64,000 nucleotides of DNA, taken from the NCBI GenBank assembly GCA_023140385.1, contig JAGLLT010000021.1, forward strand, positions 1,068-65,067, written 5' to 3'. This stretch comes from Candidatus Omnitrophota bacterium (GTDB lineage: Bacteria > Omnitrophota > Gorgyraeia > JAGLLT01). The position numbers and the translations under genes were made by a program. Below the pieces are notes generated by a model, which saw only the letters and a list, made by a program, of their open reading frames with translations, made no database searches and had not been told where the DNA came from. Of the stretch, positions 1-8,940 are shown in pieces (positions within the stretch are counted from its first letter, which is position 1; each line of letters begins with the position of its first letter).

Positions 1-2246
1 GAAACGAACGCTTTGCTATGGACGCGTATAGAAGATTTATCCAGATGTTCGGCGACGTGGTTATGGGCGTTAAGCACGAATTATTTGAAAATCAACTGCA
101 GGTCGTTAAGACTAAGTATGAAATTAAAGAGGATACCGCACTGGATGCCGAAATGCTCAGGGAGGTAGTTGAGCGATATCTGAAAGTATATAAAAAAGAA
201 ACCCGTCAGAATTTTCCAAATGATCCTTATCTACAATTGAAGCATTCTATAAACGCGGTTTTTAATTCATGGAATAACGAGCGGGCCATAAAGTACCGCC
301 GGATTAATGATATTAAGGGCCTCCTGGGAACGGCCGTTAATGTGCAGGCGATGGTTTTTGGCAATATGGGTGAGACGTCGGGTACCGGAGTTGCTTTTAC
401 AAGGGATCCCTCTACCGGAAAGAATGAGTTTTACGGTGAGTATTTGATGAATGCTCAGGGGGAAGACGTGGTGGCCGGCATCAGGACGCCGCGGCATATT
501 GCCAGCCTTAAGAGAGTGAATAAAAAGGTATACATGCAGTTGATGAGTATCAGGAAGAAGCTGGAAGCGCACTATAAAGATATGCAGGATCTTGAGTTCA
601 CAATTCAGGAAGGCAAGCTCTTTATGCTTCAGACCAGAAACGGCAAGCGGACAGCCGCCGCCGCGGTTAAAACAGCCGTTGATATGGTGAAAGAAAAATT
701 GATAAGTGAAAAGACGGCGCTTTGCAGGATAGATCCAATGCAGCTTGATCAGCTGCTTCATCCAACCTTTGACCCGAAGATAGAAAAGAGTCAGAGTATA
801 ATAGCGAAAGGCTTGCCGGCATCTCCGGGCGCGGCCTGCGGCCGTGTAATTTTTAGTTCTGAAAAAGCCGAAGAGTGGGCGGGCCGCAAAGAGGACGTTA
901 TTTTATGCAGGATTGAAACCTCGCCTGAGGATATTGGTGGTATGGATGTGGCTAAGGGCATTCTTACTTCACGCGGCGGAATGACTTCTCACGCGGCGGT
1001 AGTAGCCCGCGGAATGGGTGTCTGCTGTGTAGCCGGCGCCGGTGAAATAGAGATTGATTATAAGGCTAAAAGGTTTAAAGCGGGTTCGGTAACTATCAAA
1101 GAAGGCGATTGGATTTCGCTTAACGGTTCAATGGGGAATGTGTATGAGGGAAAGATACGTACGGTGGAGTCTTCGCTTTCGAGTGACTTTTCAACAATAA
1201 TGAAATGGACTGACAAGTATAGAAAGCTTGGGGTCAGGGCAAACGCTGATACGCCTTTTGACGCGAAGATTGCCGTTAATTTTGGCGCTGAGGGTATCGG
1301 CCTTTGCAGGACAGAACATATGTTCTTTGAGGGCGATCGCATCATTGCCTTTAGGGAGATGATATTGGCCGATGATGAGGCCGGAAGAAAAAAGGCGCTT
1401 AAAAAACTTCTCCCTATACAGAGAAAGGATTTTGTCGGCATCTTTAAGGCTTTAAAAGGCAGGCCTTGCACTATCAGGCTGCTTGATCCTCCGCTTCATG
1501 AATTTTTGCCGCATGATGCCGCCGGACAAAAAGAAATGTCAAAGGTGATGGGCATATCCGTAATGAAAATAAAGCAAAAGATTGAGTCTTTAAAGGAATT
1601 TAATCCTATGCTGGGACATAGAGGCTGCCGACTTGGCCTTATTTACCCTGAGATATCAGAAATGCAGGTAAGGGCAATTATTGAAGCCGCTATAGTTCTT
1701 AAGAAGGCGGGGATGAAGGTACAGCCTGAAATAATGATTCCTCTGGTAGGTCATTATATGGAGCTTAAAATAGCCAGAGAGAGAGCTGAGAAGGTAATTG
1801 ATGAGGTTTTTAAAGAGAAGAAGATCAAGGTTAATTATTTAATTGGTACGATGATAGAGGTTCCCCGGGCCGCGGTTACCGCCGATGAAGTGGCTGAATA
1901 CGCTGACTTCTTTTCCTTTGGAACAAACGATCTCACGCAGATGGGCTGTGGTTTTTCAAGGGATGACGCCGGTAAATTTTTGCCTGATTATGTCTCAATG
2001 GGTATCTACGATTACGATCCCTTTCAGGTGCTTGACGCCGCGGGTGTAGGCAAGCTGATTGAAATTGCCGTCAATTTGGGCAGAAGAACAAACAAAAAAA
2101 TTAAAATCGGTATTTGCGGTGAACATGGGGGAGAGCCCAGGAGCATTGATTTCTGTAATGCCGCGGGATTAAATTACGTGAGTTGTTCTCCTTACAGGGT
2201 ACCTATTGCCAGGCTGGCCGCGGCCCAGGCTTCACTAAAGAGATAG
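1..2246 (+). CDS. ppdK: pyruvate, phosphate dikinase (C-terminal ~740 aa; 5' end lies upstream of window)
   Basis: PEP-utilising enzyme mobile domain and TIM-barrel motifs (GGMTSHAAVVARGMGVCCV, GICGEHGGEP); ORF is open to the window edge. Confidence 0.9.
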   Translation, partial: NERFAMDAYRRFIQMFGDVVMGVKHELFENQLQVVKTKYEIKEDTALDAEMLREVVERYLKVYKKETRQNFPNDPYLQLKHSINAVFNSWNNERAIKYRRINDIKGLLGTAVNVQAMVFGNMGETSGTGVAFTRDPSTGKNEFYGEYLMNAQGEDVVAGIRTPRHIASLKRVNKKVYMQLMSIRKKLEAHYKDMQDLEFTIQEGKLFMLQTRNGKRTAAAAVKTAVDMVKEKLISEKTALCRIDPMQLDQLLHPTFDPKIEKSQSIIAKGLPASPGAACGRVIFSSEKAEEWAGRKEDVILCRIETSPEDIGGMDVAKGILTSRGGMTSHAAVVARGMGVCCVAGAGEIEIDYKAKRFKAGSVTIKEGDWISLNGSMGNVYEGKIRTVESSLSSDFSTIMKWTDKYRKLGVRANADTPFDAKIAVNFGAEGIGLCRTEHMFFEGDRIIAFREMILADDEAGRKKALKKLLPIQRKDFVGIFKALKGRPCTIRLLDPPLHEFLPHDAAGQKEMSKVMGISVMKIKQKIESLKEFNPMLGHRGCRLGLIYPEISEMQVRAIIEAAIVLKKAGMKVQPEIMIPLVGHYMELKIARERAEKVIDEVFKEKKIKVNYLIGTMIEVPRAAVTADEVAEYADFFSFGTNDLTQMGCGFSRDDAGKFLPDYVSMGIYDYDPFQVLDAAGVGKLIEIAVNLGRRTNKKIKIGICGEHGGEPRSIDFCNAAGLNYVSCSPYRVPIARLAAAQASLKR

Positions 2247-2258
2247 CCGGATAAAGTT

Positions 2259-3236
2259 ATGGATATTATTAAACTTTATTTAAAAGACATAAAAGACATT
2301 CCCCTTTTAACACCCGAAAGAGAACAAAAACTTGCCAGGCGTATAAAGAGAGGCAATAGAGAGGCGCGCGCCGAGATGATACGCTCAAACCTTCGCCTGG
2401 TTATCAATATTGCCAAGAGGTACAAATATTTTGGAGTCGGCATCTCTGACCTGATAGAAGAGGGGAATCTTGGGTTGATGAAGGCGGTGCTTAAGTTTGA
2501 ACCGAAGAAGGGGTACAGATTTAGCACTTACGCGTCCTGGTGGATAAAGCAATACATAACCAGGGCCATCGCCAATCAGGGCAAGACAATCAGAATTCCC
2601 GTTTATATGGCCGAGATTATAACCCGCTGGCGAAAAGTTACGGAGCAGTTAGCTCATAAATTAGGCCGGGCTCCCAACCTCAGGGAGGTGACCAAGGTTA
2701 TGAAGATGAGCATGGAGAAGGTTAAGCAGATAAATGAAATCGCGTCTAAGGCCAGTTCTCTGGATGCTCCCATCGGTGAAGATGGTTCCGGACAGTTTAT
2801 GGACTTAATTGAGGATGAAAATATTTTATCTCCTACTGATGAGTTGGCTAAAATATTACAGAAGGAAAGAGTGAGCGCTTTGCTTAATCTTATATCAGAG
2901 AGAGAGAAGGAGATATTAAATCTGCGCTTTGGCCTGAAGGACGGGCAAAGTTACACGCTGGGTGAGACGGCAAAAAGGTTTGGTATTACGAGAGAGAGGG
3001 TAAGGCAGATAGAGGGCGCCGCTATGAAAAAGCTGAAGCTTTATCTGGCCGCTCAGGAGGGAATTGATTTAGATAAACACGAAAAATTACAAAAGAAGAA
3101 AAAAATAAAAGCCAACCTAAAAATGTCCAAAAAAAAACTTAAGGATGCGTTGCAAAAGAAGTCCGCGAAGCAAGTAAGCAAAAAAAGGCGGCCTTCTTTG
3201 ATAAAAAAGATATCAGGCAAAAAAAAGAAGAGTTAG
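2259..3236 (+). CDS. RNA polymerase sigma-70 family factor with ~70-aa Lys-rich C-terminal tail
   Basis: Region 2 (DLIEEGNLGLMKAVLKFEPKKGYRFSTYASWWIKQYITRAIANQGKTIRIP) and region 4 HTH (LGETAKRFGITRERVRQIE); C-terminus is KKKKIKANLKMSKKKLK...GKKKKS. Confidence 0.85.
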   Translation: MDIIKLYLKDIKDIPLLTPEREQKLARRIKRGNREARAEMIRSNLRLVINIAKRYKYFGVGISDLIEEGNLGLMKAVLKFEPKKGYRFSTYASWWIKQYITRAIANQGKTIRIPVYMAEIITRWRKVTEQLAHKLGRAPNLREVTKVMKMSMEKVKQINEIASKASSLDAPIGEDGSGQFMDLIEDENILSPTDELAKILQKERVSALLNLISEREKEILNLRFGLKDGQSYTLGETAKRFGITRERVRQIEGAAMKKLKLYLAAQEGIDLDKHEKLQKKKKIKANLKMSKKKLKDALQKKSAKQVSKKRRPSLIKKISGKKKKS

Positions 3237-3241
3237 AAAGT

Positions 3242-3318
3242 GCCCCAATAGCTCAGATGGATAGAGCACAGGTTTCCTAAACCTGGTGTCGGAGGTTCGA
3301 ATCCCCCTTGGGGCGCCA
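3242..3318 (+). tRNA. tRNA-Arg (anticodon CCU)
   Basis: Cloverleaf: acceptor GCCCCAA/TTGGGGC, anticodon loop TTCCTAA, T-loop TTCGAAT, 3' CCA encoded; one A.C mismatch in T-stem. Confidence 0.8.
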
Positions 3319-3328
3319 ACATTGACCC

Positions 3329-3357
3329 TTGACAAGCAGTAGATTGTATGATATAGT
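3329..3357 (+). promoter_or_regulatory. sigma-70-type promoter, TTGACA-17 nt-TATAGT
   Basis: Near-consensus -35/-10 with 17-nt spacer directly after the tRNA; it would give a ~220-nt leader before the CDS at 3582. Confidence 0.45.
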
Positions 3358-3581
3358 TTAGCCAACGTGCAGGGGGAGCACAAAATCCTGTTGGCTTTAC
3401 CATCATAGGTAGCTTTAATCTTTAGCAAGAAAGGGGGGATAAGGAGAATTAACCAAGCCGCTAGAGGTTACTTAATATATGATGATAAGCATATAAATTA
3501 GTAATTATGTATCTAAGGCTTTTGCCTTAGTCAAAAAATAAATCAAGAACTATAATTAAGACTCTTTAAAGGAGGAAATTA

Positions 3582-5048
3582 ATGAAGAAGTTAACCCTTA
3601 TATGTGCCTTAGTACTGCTGATAGTTTTTAGCGCAGTAGCTAATGCCGAAGTACAGAGAATAAGGGTCAGCGGAGATATTAGCACTTACGGTGTGTGGCA
3701 GCAGTATGATACGTTTTATTATGACGCGACAGGTGTTAACACTTCACCTGATACCACATTCTGGGCGACAACCGTAGGTCTAAATTTTGATGCTGACTTA
3801 ACCGATAACGTCTCCGGACGTTTGAGGCTTGTTAATCAGAGAATCTGGGACTATACTGATGGTGACGCGACAGCGATGGATATTGGTGTAGCTGAAGCAT
3901 ATGTTGTTCTGCAGGAGATGCTTTATGAGCCTTTAACATTGACCATTGGTCGTCAGCCGCTCTACTACGGTAGAGGTTTTGTGCTTGGCTCTAACGTCAT
4001 TGATCCTGAAGGCGACGTCTACAACAATGCTAGCCTTTCTCAGTATGACGCTTTTGATGCCATTAAGGCGGTATTGGATTATGAGAGCTTTAAGGTTGAT
4101 TTAGTTTACTCTAAAATCGACGAAGGTACAGACAACAACGTCCGCAATATGATTTCATCAAGAGACGACTTTGATCTATGGTTAGTCAATGTCGGCATAC
4201 CTTTTGATGACTATGAAGCGGAAGCAGAGCTTTATTATCTTGGTATCAATAACCAGGATACAGGCAACGTGACTACTTATTGGACAGGTCCTCGCGGGCG
4301 TGCCCTGGACGGAAACGTTGTAGTAAGAGTACCCCATCAGGAAGTTCATACAATTGGCGCGAGAGGAAGTATGGTGCCGGTTGAGAATTTAAGTATCTTT
4401 GGTGAGTTAGCCTATCAGTTTGGTGATTGGGGCACGACTGACTACAATGCGGTTCACAACGTAATCGGTTCCAAAACACTTGACATCAGCGCTTTGGGCG
4501 GTGAAGTCGGCGGCGATTATCTATTTGCTGACGTAACCGGTACTCCGAAGCTCGGTTTGTGCTATAGCTTTAGAGAAGGTGAAGATTATAACAGCTATCC
4601 TCATGAAGAAGGTGATTATGATAACTTTTATACACCGTTTATGAAGAAGTCCGACACAGTTATTTATGGCTGGAACGGACGTTACTTTGGTAACTTTGCA
4701 AACAGTGTAGATGCTAATGACACTTCATGGGATCAGAATATGCACCAGATATTGGTTTCAGGTAATATTGATCCTTTAGCTTACTGGGACATTGATGACG
4801 TTCATATGGGACTAAGATATGCCTGGTTCCACTTTGAAAATCCGCCGGTTAGCGGACGTGATAAGCATGCCGGTGACGAACTGGATGTAACCTTAACTTA
4901 TGATTACACCGAAGACGTTCAGTTTGGCCTGGTAGCCGCTTGGTTCTGGCCGGGTGATTACTACAAAGATGATAATCCTAACAACGCAGCCGGTTCTGAT
5001 GGTGACATCGTGACCAGCGTATGCGGTTCTTGTAAACTTACTTTCTAA
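3582..5048 (+). CDS. secreted beta-barrel outer-membrane-type protein, function unknown
   Basis: Signal peptide MKKLTLICALVLLIVFSAVANA; alternating-polarity strands rich in Y/G/D; C-terminal ...KLTF ending in Phe (OMP signature); strong RBS AAGGAGG. Confidence 0.5.
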   Translation: MKKLTLICALVLLIVFSAVANAEVQRIRVSGDISTYGVWQQYDTFYYDATGVNTSPDTTFWATTVGLNFDADLTDNVSGRLRLVNQRIWDYTDGDATAMDIGVAEAYVVLQEMLYEPLTLTIGRQPLYYGRGFVLGSNVIDPEGDVYNNASLSQYDAFDAIKAVLDYESFKVDLVYSKIDEGTDNNVRNMISSRDDFDLWLVNVGIPFDDYEAEAELYYLGINNQDTGNVTTYWTGPRGRALDGNVVVRVPHQEVHTIGARGSMVPVENLSIFGELAYQFGDWGTTDYNAVHNVIGSKTLDISALGGEVGGDYLFADVTGTPKLGLCYSFREGEDYNSYPHEEGDYDNFYTPFMKKSDTVIYGWNGRYFGNFANSVDANDTSWDQNMHQILVSGNIDPLAYWDIDDVHMGLRYAWFHFENPPVSGRDKHAGDELDVTLTYDYTEDVQFGLVAAWFWPGDYYKDDNPNNAAGSDGDIVTSVCGSCKLTF

Positions 5049-5080
5049 TTTTAAGAAATGTAAGTTAGTTAAAGCAGAAA

Positions 5081-5115
5081 AGCCCCGCGAGAGTTACTCT
5101 CGCGGGGCTTTTTGT
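5081..5115 (+). terminator. rho-independent terminator
   Basis: AGCCCCGCGAGAG-TTAC-TCTCGCGGGGCT stem-loop followed by TTTTT. Confidence 0.8.
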
Positions 5116-5144
5116 TTGACAAAAGAAAATAATTATGCTATAGT
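5116..5144 (+). promoter_or_regulatory. sigma-70-type promoter, TTGACA-17 nt-TATAGT
   Basis: Second copy of the same consensus architecture, 85 nt upstream of the CDS at 5228. Confidence 0.45.
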
Positions 5145-5162
5145 TTAAGCGGAATTAATTCC

Positions 5163-5210
5163 TGCCTACGCTGAAGCTACGGCAGGCAGGCGTCCCGAAA
5201 CTTCGGGACT
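5163..5210 (+). promoter_or_regulatory. two tandem hairpins in the 5' leader (CCTGCC..GGCAGG; GTCCCGAA-AC-TTCGGGAC)
   Basis: Perfect 8-bp stem GTCCCGAA/TTCGGGAC and a 6-bp CCTGCC/GGCAGG stem lie between the promoter and the RBS AAGGAGG. Confidence 0.3.
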
Positions 5211-5227
5211 CATTAAGGAGGTAAGAA

Positions 5228-5596
5228 ATGGCTGATGAAGTAAGGAAAGAAGATGTAGTGAAGAAAGAAGATGTAGGCCTCAAAGAAGATAAGGAGACGC
5301 AAGAGGGTAAGGTCTGGGCGATTTTAGCTTATCTTGGAATATTGTGCCTTCTACCTTTATTACTTAAGAAAGAAAACAAGTTTGCTCTTCATCACGGCAA
5401 GCAAGGCTTGATACTTTTTATTGCTGAAATGACAGCCTTATTTGTTAATATAATTCCTGTGATTGGCCAGATAGTCTTTGGAGTTGTTTATTTGGCAGCC
5501 GGTATTTTTTCAATTGTAGGAATAGTTAAAGTTCTGATGGGTGAGTACTGGAAGGCCCCTTTAATATCTGATATAGCCGATAAGATTAAAATCTAA
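5228..5596 (+). CDS. small membrane protein (DUF4870-like, 2 TM)
   Basis: WAILAYLGILCLLPLLLKKENKFALHHGKQGLILFI plus a second TM; Glu/Lys-rich N-terminus. Confidence 0.45.
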   Translation: MADEVRKEDVVKKEDVGLKEDKETQEGKVWAILAYLGILCLLPLLLKKENKFALHHGKQGLILFIAEMTALFVNIIPVIGQIVFGVVYLAAGIFSIVGIVKVLMGEYWKAPLISDIADKIKI

Positions 5597-5630
5597 AAAT
5601 GAAATTGGCAGCACATTCGAAGATAGTTAA

Positions 5631-5667
5631 AAAAACCGCTAAGTATTGCTCTTAGCGGTTTTTTTAT
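5631..5667 (+). terminator. rho-independent terminator
   Basis: AAAAAACCGCTAAG-TATTGCT-CTTAGCGGTTTTTTT. Confidence 0.75.
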
Positions 5668-5692
5668 AAAGTTAAAGGGGAGGGGGAGGCAG

Positions 5693-6064
5693 ATGCTATT
5701 TGGTCTTTTAGGAAAAAAGAAAAAAAATGATCGGGGAAGCGTAAAGAAAGCAGTTAAGCCTAAAGCAAAAACCCGACCCGTTAGTAAGATTAAAAAGCAG
5801 ATTGTGGGTGAGGTTACGCATTATTTTTCTAAGGTTAAGGCGGCGGTTATAAAGATTAAAAAAGGCCCCGTTAACGCGGGCGATATTATATATATAAAAG
5901 GCCATACTACCGACTTTAAGCAGAAAATTTCATCAATGCAAATAGACCGCAAGCTGGTTGATAAAGCGGCGAAAGGCAAGGAAGTTGGCGTACGGGTAAA
6001 GAGAAGAGTCAGGGTAGGCGATGTTGTATATAAAAACATAACGGGAAAGGCAGTAAAAAGATGA
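5693..6064 (+). CDS. small basic protein with Lys-rich N-terminus and beta-barrel (EF-Tu domain-2-like) C-terminal part
   Basis: KKKKNDRGSVKKAVKPKAKTRP then VGEVTHYFSKVKAAVIKIKKGPVNAGDIIYIKG...VRVGDVVYK; RBS GGGAGGGGGAGG. Confidence 0.45.
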   Translation: MLFGLLGKKKKNDRGSVKKAVKPKAKTRPVSKIKKQIVGEVTHYFSKVKAAVIKIKKGPVNAGDIIYIKGHTTDFKQKISSMQIDRKLVDKAAKGKEVGVRVKRRVRVGDVVYKNITGKAVKR

Positions 6065-6717
6065 AGAAAGCAAAAGATAGTCATAAATATACCTTTGAGG
6101 CAGATGACCCATGGAGAGTTTTTCGTATTATGTCCGAGTTTGTTGACGGCTTTGATGACTTATCGAAGATAGGTAAAGCCGTAACATTTTTTGGGGGAAC
6201 CAAAATAAAAAAGGATAGTAAGTACTATAAACTTGCCCAAAAGGCGGCCCATAAGCTGTCTAAATGCGGCTATGCTATTGTAACCGGCGCCGGCCCGGGA
6301 ATTATGGAGGCGGCCAATCGCGGGGCAAGAGAGGCGGGAGGCATTTCAGTGGGCCTAAATATTGAAATTCCGCTTCAGCAAAAGCCTAATCCCTATATCA
6401 CTAAATCGCTATATTTTAGGTACTTTTTTGTGAGAAAGGTTATGTTTGCTAAGTATTCAAAAGCCGTTATTGTTTTTCCGGGCGGCTACGGCACTCTGGA
6501 TGAGTTTGCTGAGTTTATAACTCTACTTCAAACGGAAAAAATTGAACCATTTCCGGTAATTGTTTTTGGCAAGAAGTACTGGTCAGGCCTTTTAGAATGG
6601 CTTAAAGGCCCAATGCTAAAACACGGTTTAATAAGCAAGGAAAACCTCAATGTTTTCAAAGTAACGGATAGTGTTAATGAGGTAGCAAGTATTATTAACG
6701 GTTTTTACAATAAGTAA
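6061..6717 (+). CDS. LOG family protein (cytokinin riboside 5'-monophosphate phosphoribohydrolase / TIGR00730)
   Basis: GAGPGIMEAANRGA and PGGYGTLDEF motifs; ATGA overlap with the upstream gene. Confidence 0.85.
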   Translation: MKKAKDSHKYTFEADDPWRVFRIMSEFVDGFDDLSKIGKAVTFFGGTKIKKDSKYYKLAQKAAHKLSKCGYAIVTGAGPGIMEAANRGAREAGGISVGLNIEIPLQQKPNPYITKSLYFRYFFVRKVMFAKYSKAVIVFPGGYGTLDEFAEFITLLQTEKIEPFPVIVFGKKYWSGLLEWLKGPMLKHGLISKENLNVFKVTDSVNEVASIINGFYNK

Positions 6718-6745
6718 GAAGTAAATCGCTGAGTAAAAAGACAGA

Positions 6746-6774
6746 AAACCCGGCATTATTGCCGGGTTTTTTTG
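6746..6774 (+). terminator. rho-independent terminator
   Basis: AAACCCGGCA-TTAT-TGCCGGGTTT followed by TTTTT. Confidence 0.75.
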
Positions 6775-7250
6775 TTGAGCAGGTGTTATCAATCCGCCTC
6801 CGAAGCCTTGGCGAAGGAGGATAAATGTTGTATCTTAGTGATACAAAAGGAGTTATAAGATATGTTGTGTAACCTATTGATATAAAAGAAGATATGATAG
6901 TTAGTAAGATAGAGCCGGTAATGCTTGAGGGAGGCTGTTTCCGGCTTTTTTTGTTATTAGCGAATACTTGCAGAGTATAGCGAAGTGAGTGAAGTGAGAT
7001 GAAGGTAGAAAGAGAGATTAAAAGAAAAATTATATAAACAATAAAGGAATTTGAAAAGCTCGTTTTGTGTGATGCCTATGTCCTATAATGTATATTATGT
7101 TAACTACAGCATAACAAAATAGTATCTCTAACCTGTTTAAATATAGTAAGTTATAGATGATATATGGTATCTTGTGGATAAAGTTTTGTTGATTGTTAAA
7201 GTGTTTGAAACAAACTTGTCAGATTGCAGTGTGGGTGTATATAGGCGGCT

Positions 7251-8696
7251 TTAGGCGGGGTGTTGCTTTGGACGGTGCAAGGAAAATAGTTGGTTTTTTG
7301 TGGTATTTATAACTTTTAGTTGCTCTTTATATATGGGCAGAATCTTATTTTTTAATTTGCAAGGGATTTCCTCCGCTTTATAGATTTTGAGATACTTATT
7401 TTTTAAAGGTACTATCCGTAGCGTTTTTAGGTGTTTTTCAAGAAAAAAATCTATCAGCCTTCCCTTCTCTCCTCTTTTATAGGCCATATAAAAAGCCAGT
7501 TGCTGCTGTTCCTTTGATTGCTGCGACACCTCATACTGATCAGTTTTAAGGCCTCCAAGGCAAGAGTACAGCCTTTTATGCTTTATGTCGAGCATATCAC
7601 TTTTGTAACCTATTTTTTTTGTATCCATACCAAAGGCCTTCATAAAGATAGATAGCCGGGCGCACTTTGAGCAATTACAGCACCACCTGGGTTCATTGCC
7701 GGCATCCAGGGAGTCACAGGAAACTTCGTATTGACCTAAATAAGGGTATCTTTGATGAAGAAGCCCCATTAGGAACAAGTTGGTTAATGGCGTAATCACG
7801 CTTGTTACAGCGGTATTATTTGAGGTAAACTGTCCTATTATCTGATTTATATACCTTTGCCATTTTAAACTTTGATCCGGCGCCGGATAAGTAAGAAAAC
7901 CGTTTTTGCTTATAAAGGGGAAGTTCATATCCTGTTGATTTCCCATGATGATATATTTTGCTTTGTAATAGTGAACAAAAGGCAGGGCCATTAGGCAGAA
8001 CCCCAAAATCATATGTATATAGCCCAGACAGCTTTCTTTTGTATTCCAGAACTCAAAATCACAAAGTTTTTCTATTTGATTAGTTATTATATTAACCCCT
8101 ATTCCCTGCTCAGCGGAGATTTTTTGAGCCATTTTGAGCTTTAGCCTGTTTTCGGAAGGAGATTCAGTATCGTTTATATAGAGGCAAATTGGATCCACCC
8201 CGGCTTCTCTCAAGATTCCCAGTGTCGCGAGACTGTCTTTGCCGAAGGACAATGGTACAATCGCTTTATTGCTTCTTGTGTTTAAACGCCATTCAGGGGG
8301 ATACTTTACTTTTTCATCTTTAAACAGATATGAAACATTGTTATGACGCTTTAGCGTTTGCAGTAAACCATCATCATAACTGTTAATCGCGGAAGGAATT
8401 CCTTCTATGGTTAGCAGGTCTACGTAGGGCTTAATAAGGGGTGTAGATATATTTTTATATATAATGCTGTTAGTGGGCGCTACAAGAGGAATATTCGCGG
8501 TTAGCGTGTAAACTAAATTGTCCACCAGGAAATTTTTACATTCTTGCGGGTATTCGGCCCAGATATTTCCCGGATAGCTTAAGTCAAAATTGCGCCCATT
8601 TACCTTTAAGCGCAGGCCGTCTTTACGTAATTCGCATTCAATTACAAGAAGCTTATGTTTTGTTTTTCTCATTTGCCGCGCTTTTGGCATAGGCAC
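7251..8696 (-). CDS. PP-loop superfamily ATPase (TtcA/TtuA/PAPS-reductase-like core) with Cys cluster and ~130-aa N-terminal domain of unknown type
   Basis: SFGKDS (degenerate SGGxDS PP-loop) and a C-terminal C..WCCNCSKCARL cluster; start may be an internal Met (e.g. 8672), since the ORF overlaps the upstream gene end. Confidence 0.55.
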   Translation of the reverse strand: MPMPKARQMRKTKHKLLVIECELRKDGLRLKVNGRNFDLSYPGNIWAEYPQECKNFLVDNLVYTLTANIPLVAPTNSIIYKNISTPLIKPYVDLLTIEGIPSAINSYDDGLLQTLKRHNNVSYLFKDEKVKYPPEWRLNTRSNKAIVPLSFGKDSLATLGILREAGVDPICLYINDTESPSENRLKLKMAQKISAEQGIGVNIITNQIEKLCDFEFWNTKESCLGYIHMILGFCLMALPFVHYYKAKYIIMGNQQDMNFPFISKNGFLTYPAPDQSLKWQRYINQIIGQFTSNNTAVTSVITPLTNLFLMGLLHQRYPYLGQYEVSCDSLDAGNEPRWCCNCSKCARLSIFMKAFGMDTKKIGYKSDMLDIKHKRLYSCLGGLKTDQYEVSQQSKEQQQLAFYMAYKRGEKGRLIDFFLEKHLKTLRIVPLKNKYLKIYKAEEIPCKLKNKILPIYKEQLKVINTTKNQLFSLHRPKQHPA

Positions 8697-8934
8697 ATTT
8701 TTTTCTTAACTCTTCCCTGCCTCTTAAAGCCTCTTCTATCGGTACACAGTTTATTATTGTGCCGTTTACAGTTTTGTGTAAGCCGAACCTTTTCTGATAA
8801 ATATCGCAGTAATATTTATTATCTTTATCTTTTTTTAAATGCTGGCAGGGGTCGCCGTCTTCACTTCCACAGCAGATGCCGCATCTTTGACATATGGCCT
8901 CAAAGTCTAAATTAACTATGGTATTTTTTATCAT
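8653..8934 (-). CDS. YkgJ family CxxCxxCC zinc/iron-chelating domain protein
   Basis: CQRCGICCGS...PCQHL...CDIYQKRFGLHK matches the PF03692-type pattern. Confidence 0.55.
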   Translation of the reverse strand: MIKNTIVNLDFEAICQRCGICCGSEDGDPCQHLKKDKDNKYYCDIYQKRFGLHKTVNGTIINCVPIEEALRGREELRKKCAYAKSAANEKNKT

Positions 8935-8940
8935 CAGCTC

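Noticed and set aside
3322-3327. Second TTGACC hexamer just upstream of the TTGACA promoter
   Set aside because: It overlaps the better-spaced TTGACA at 3329 and gives a 24-nt spacer to TATAGT, so it is not an independent promoter.
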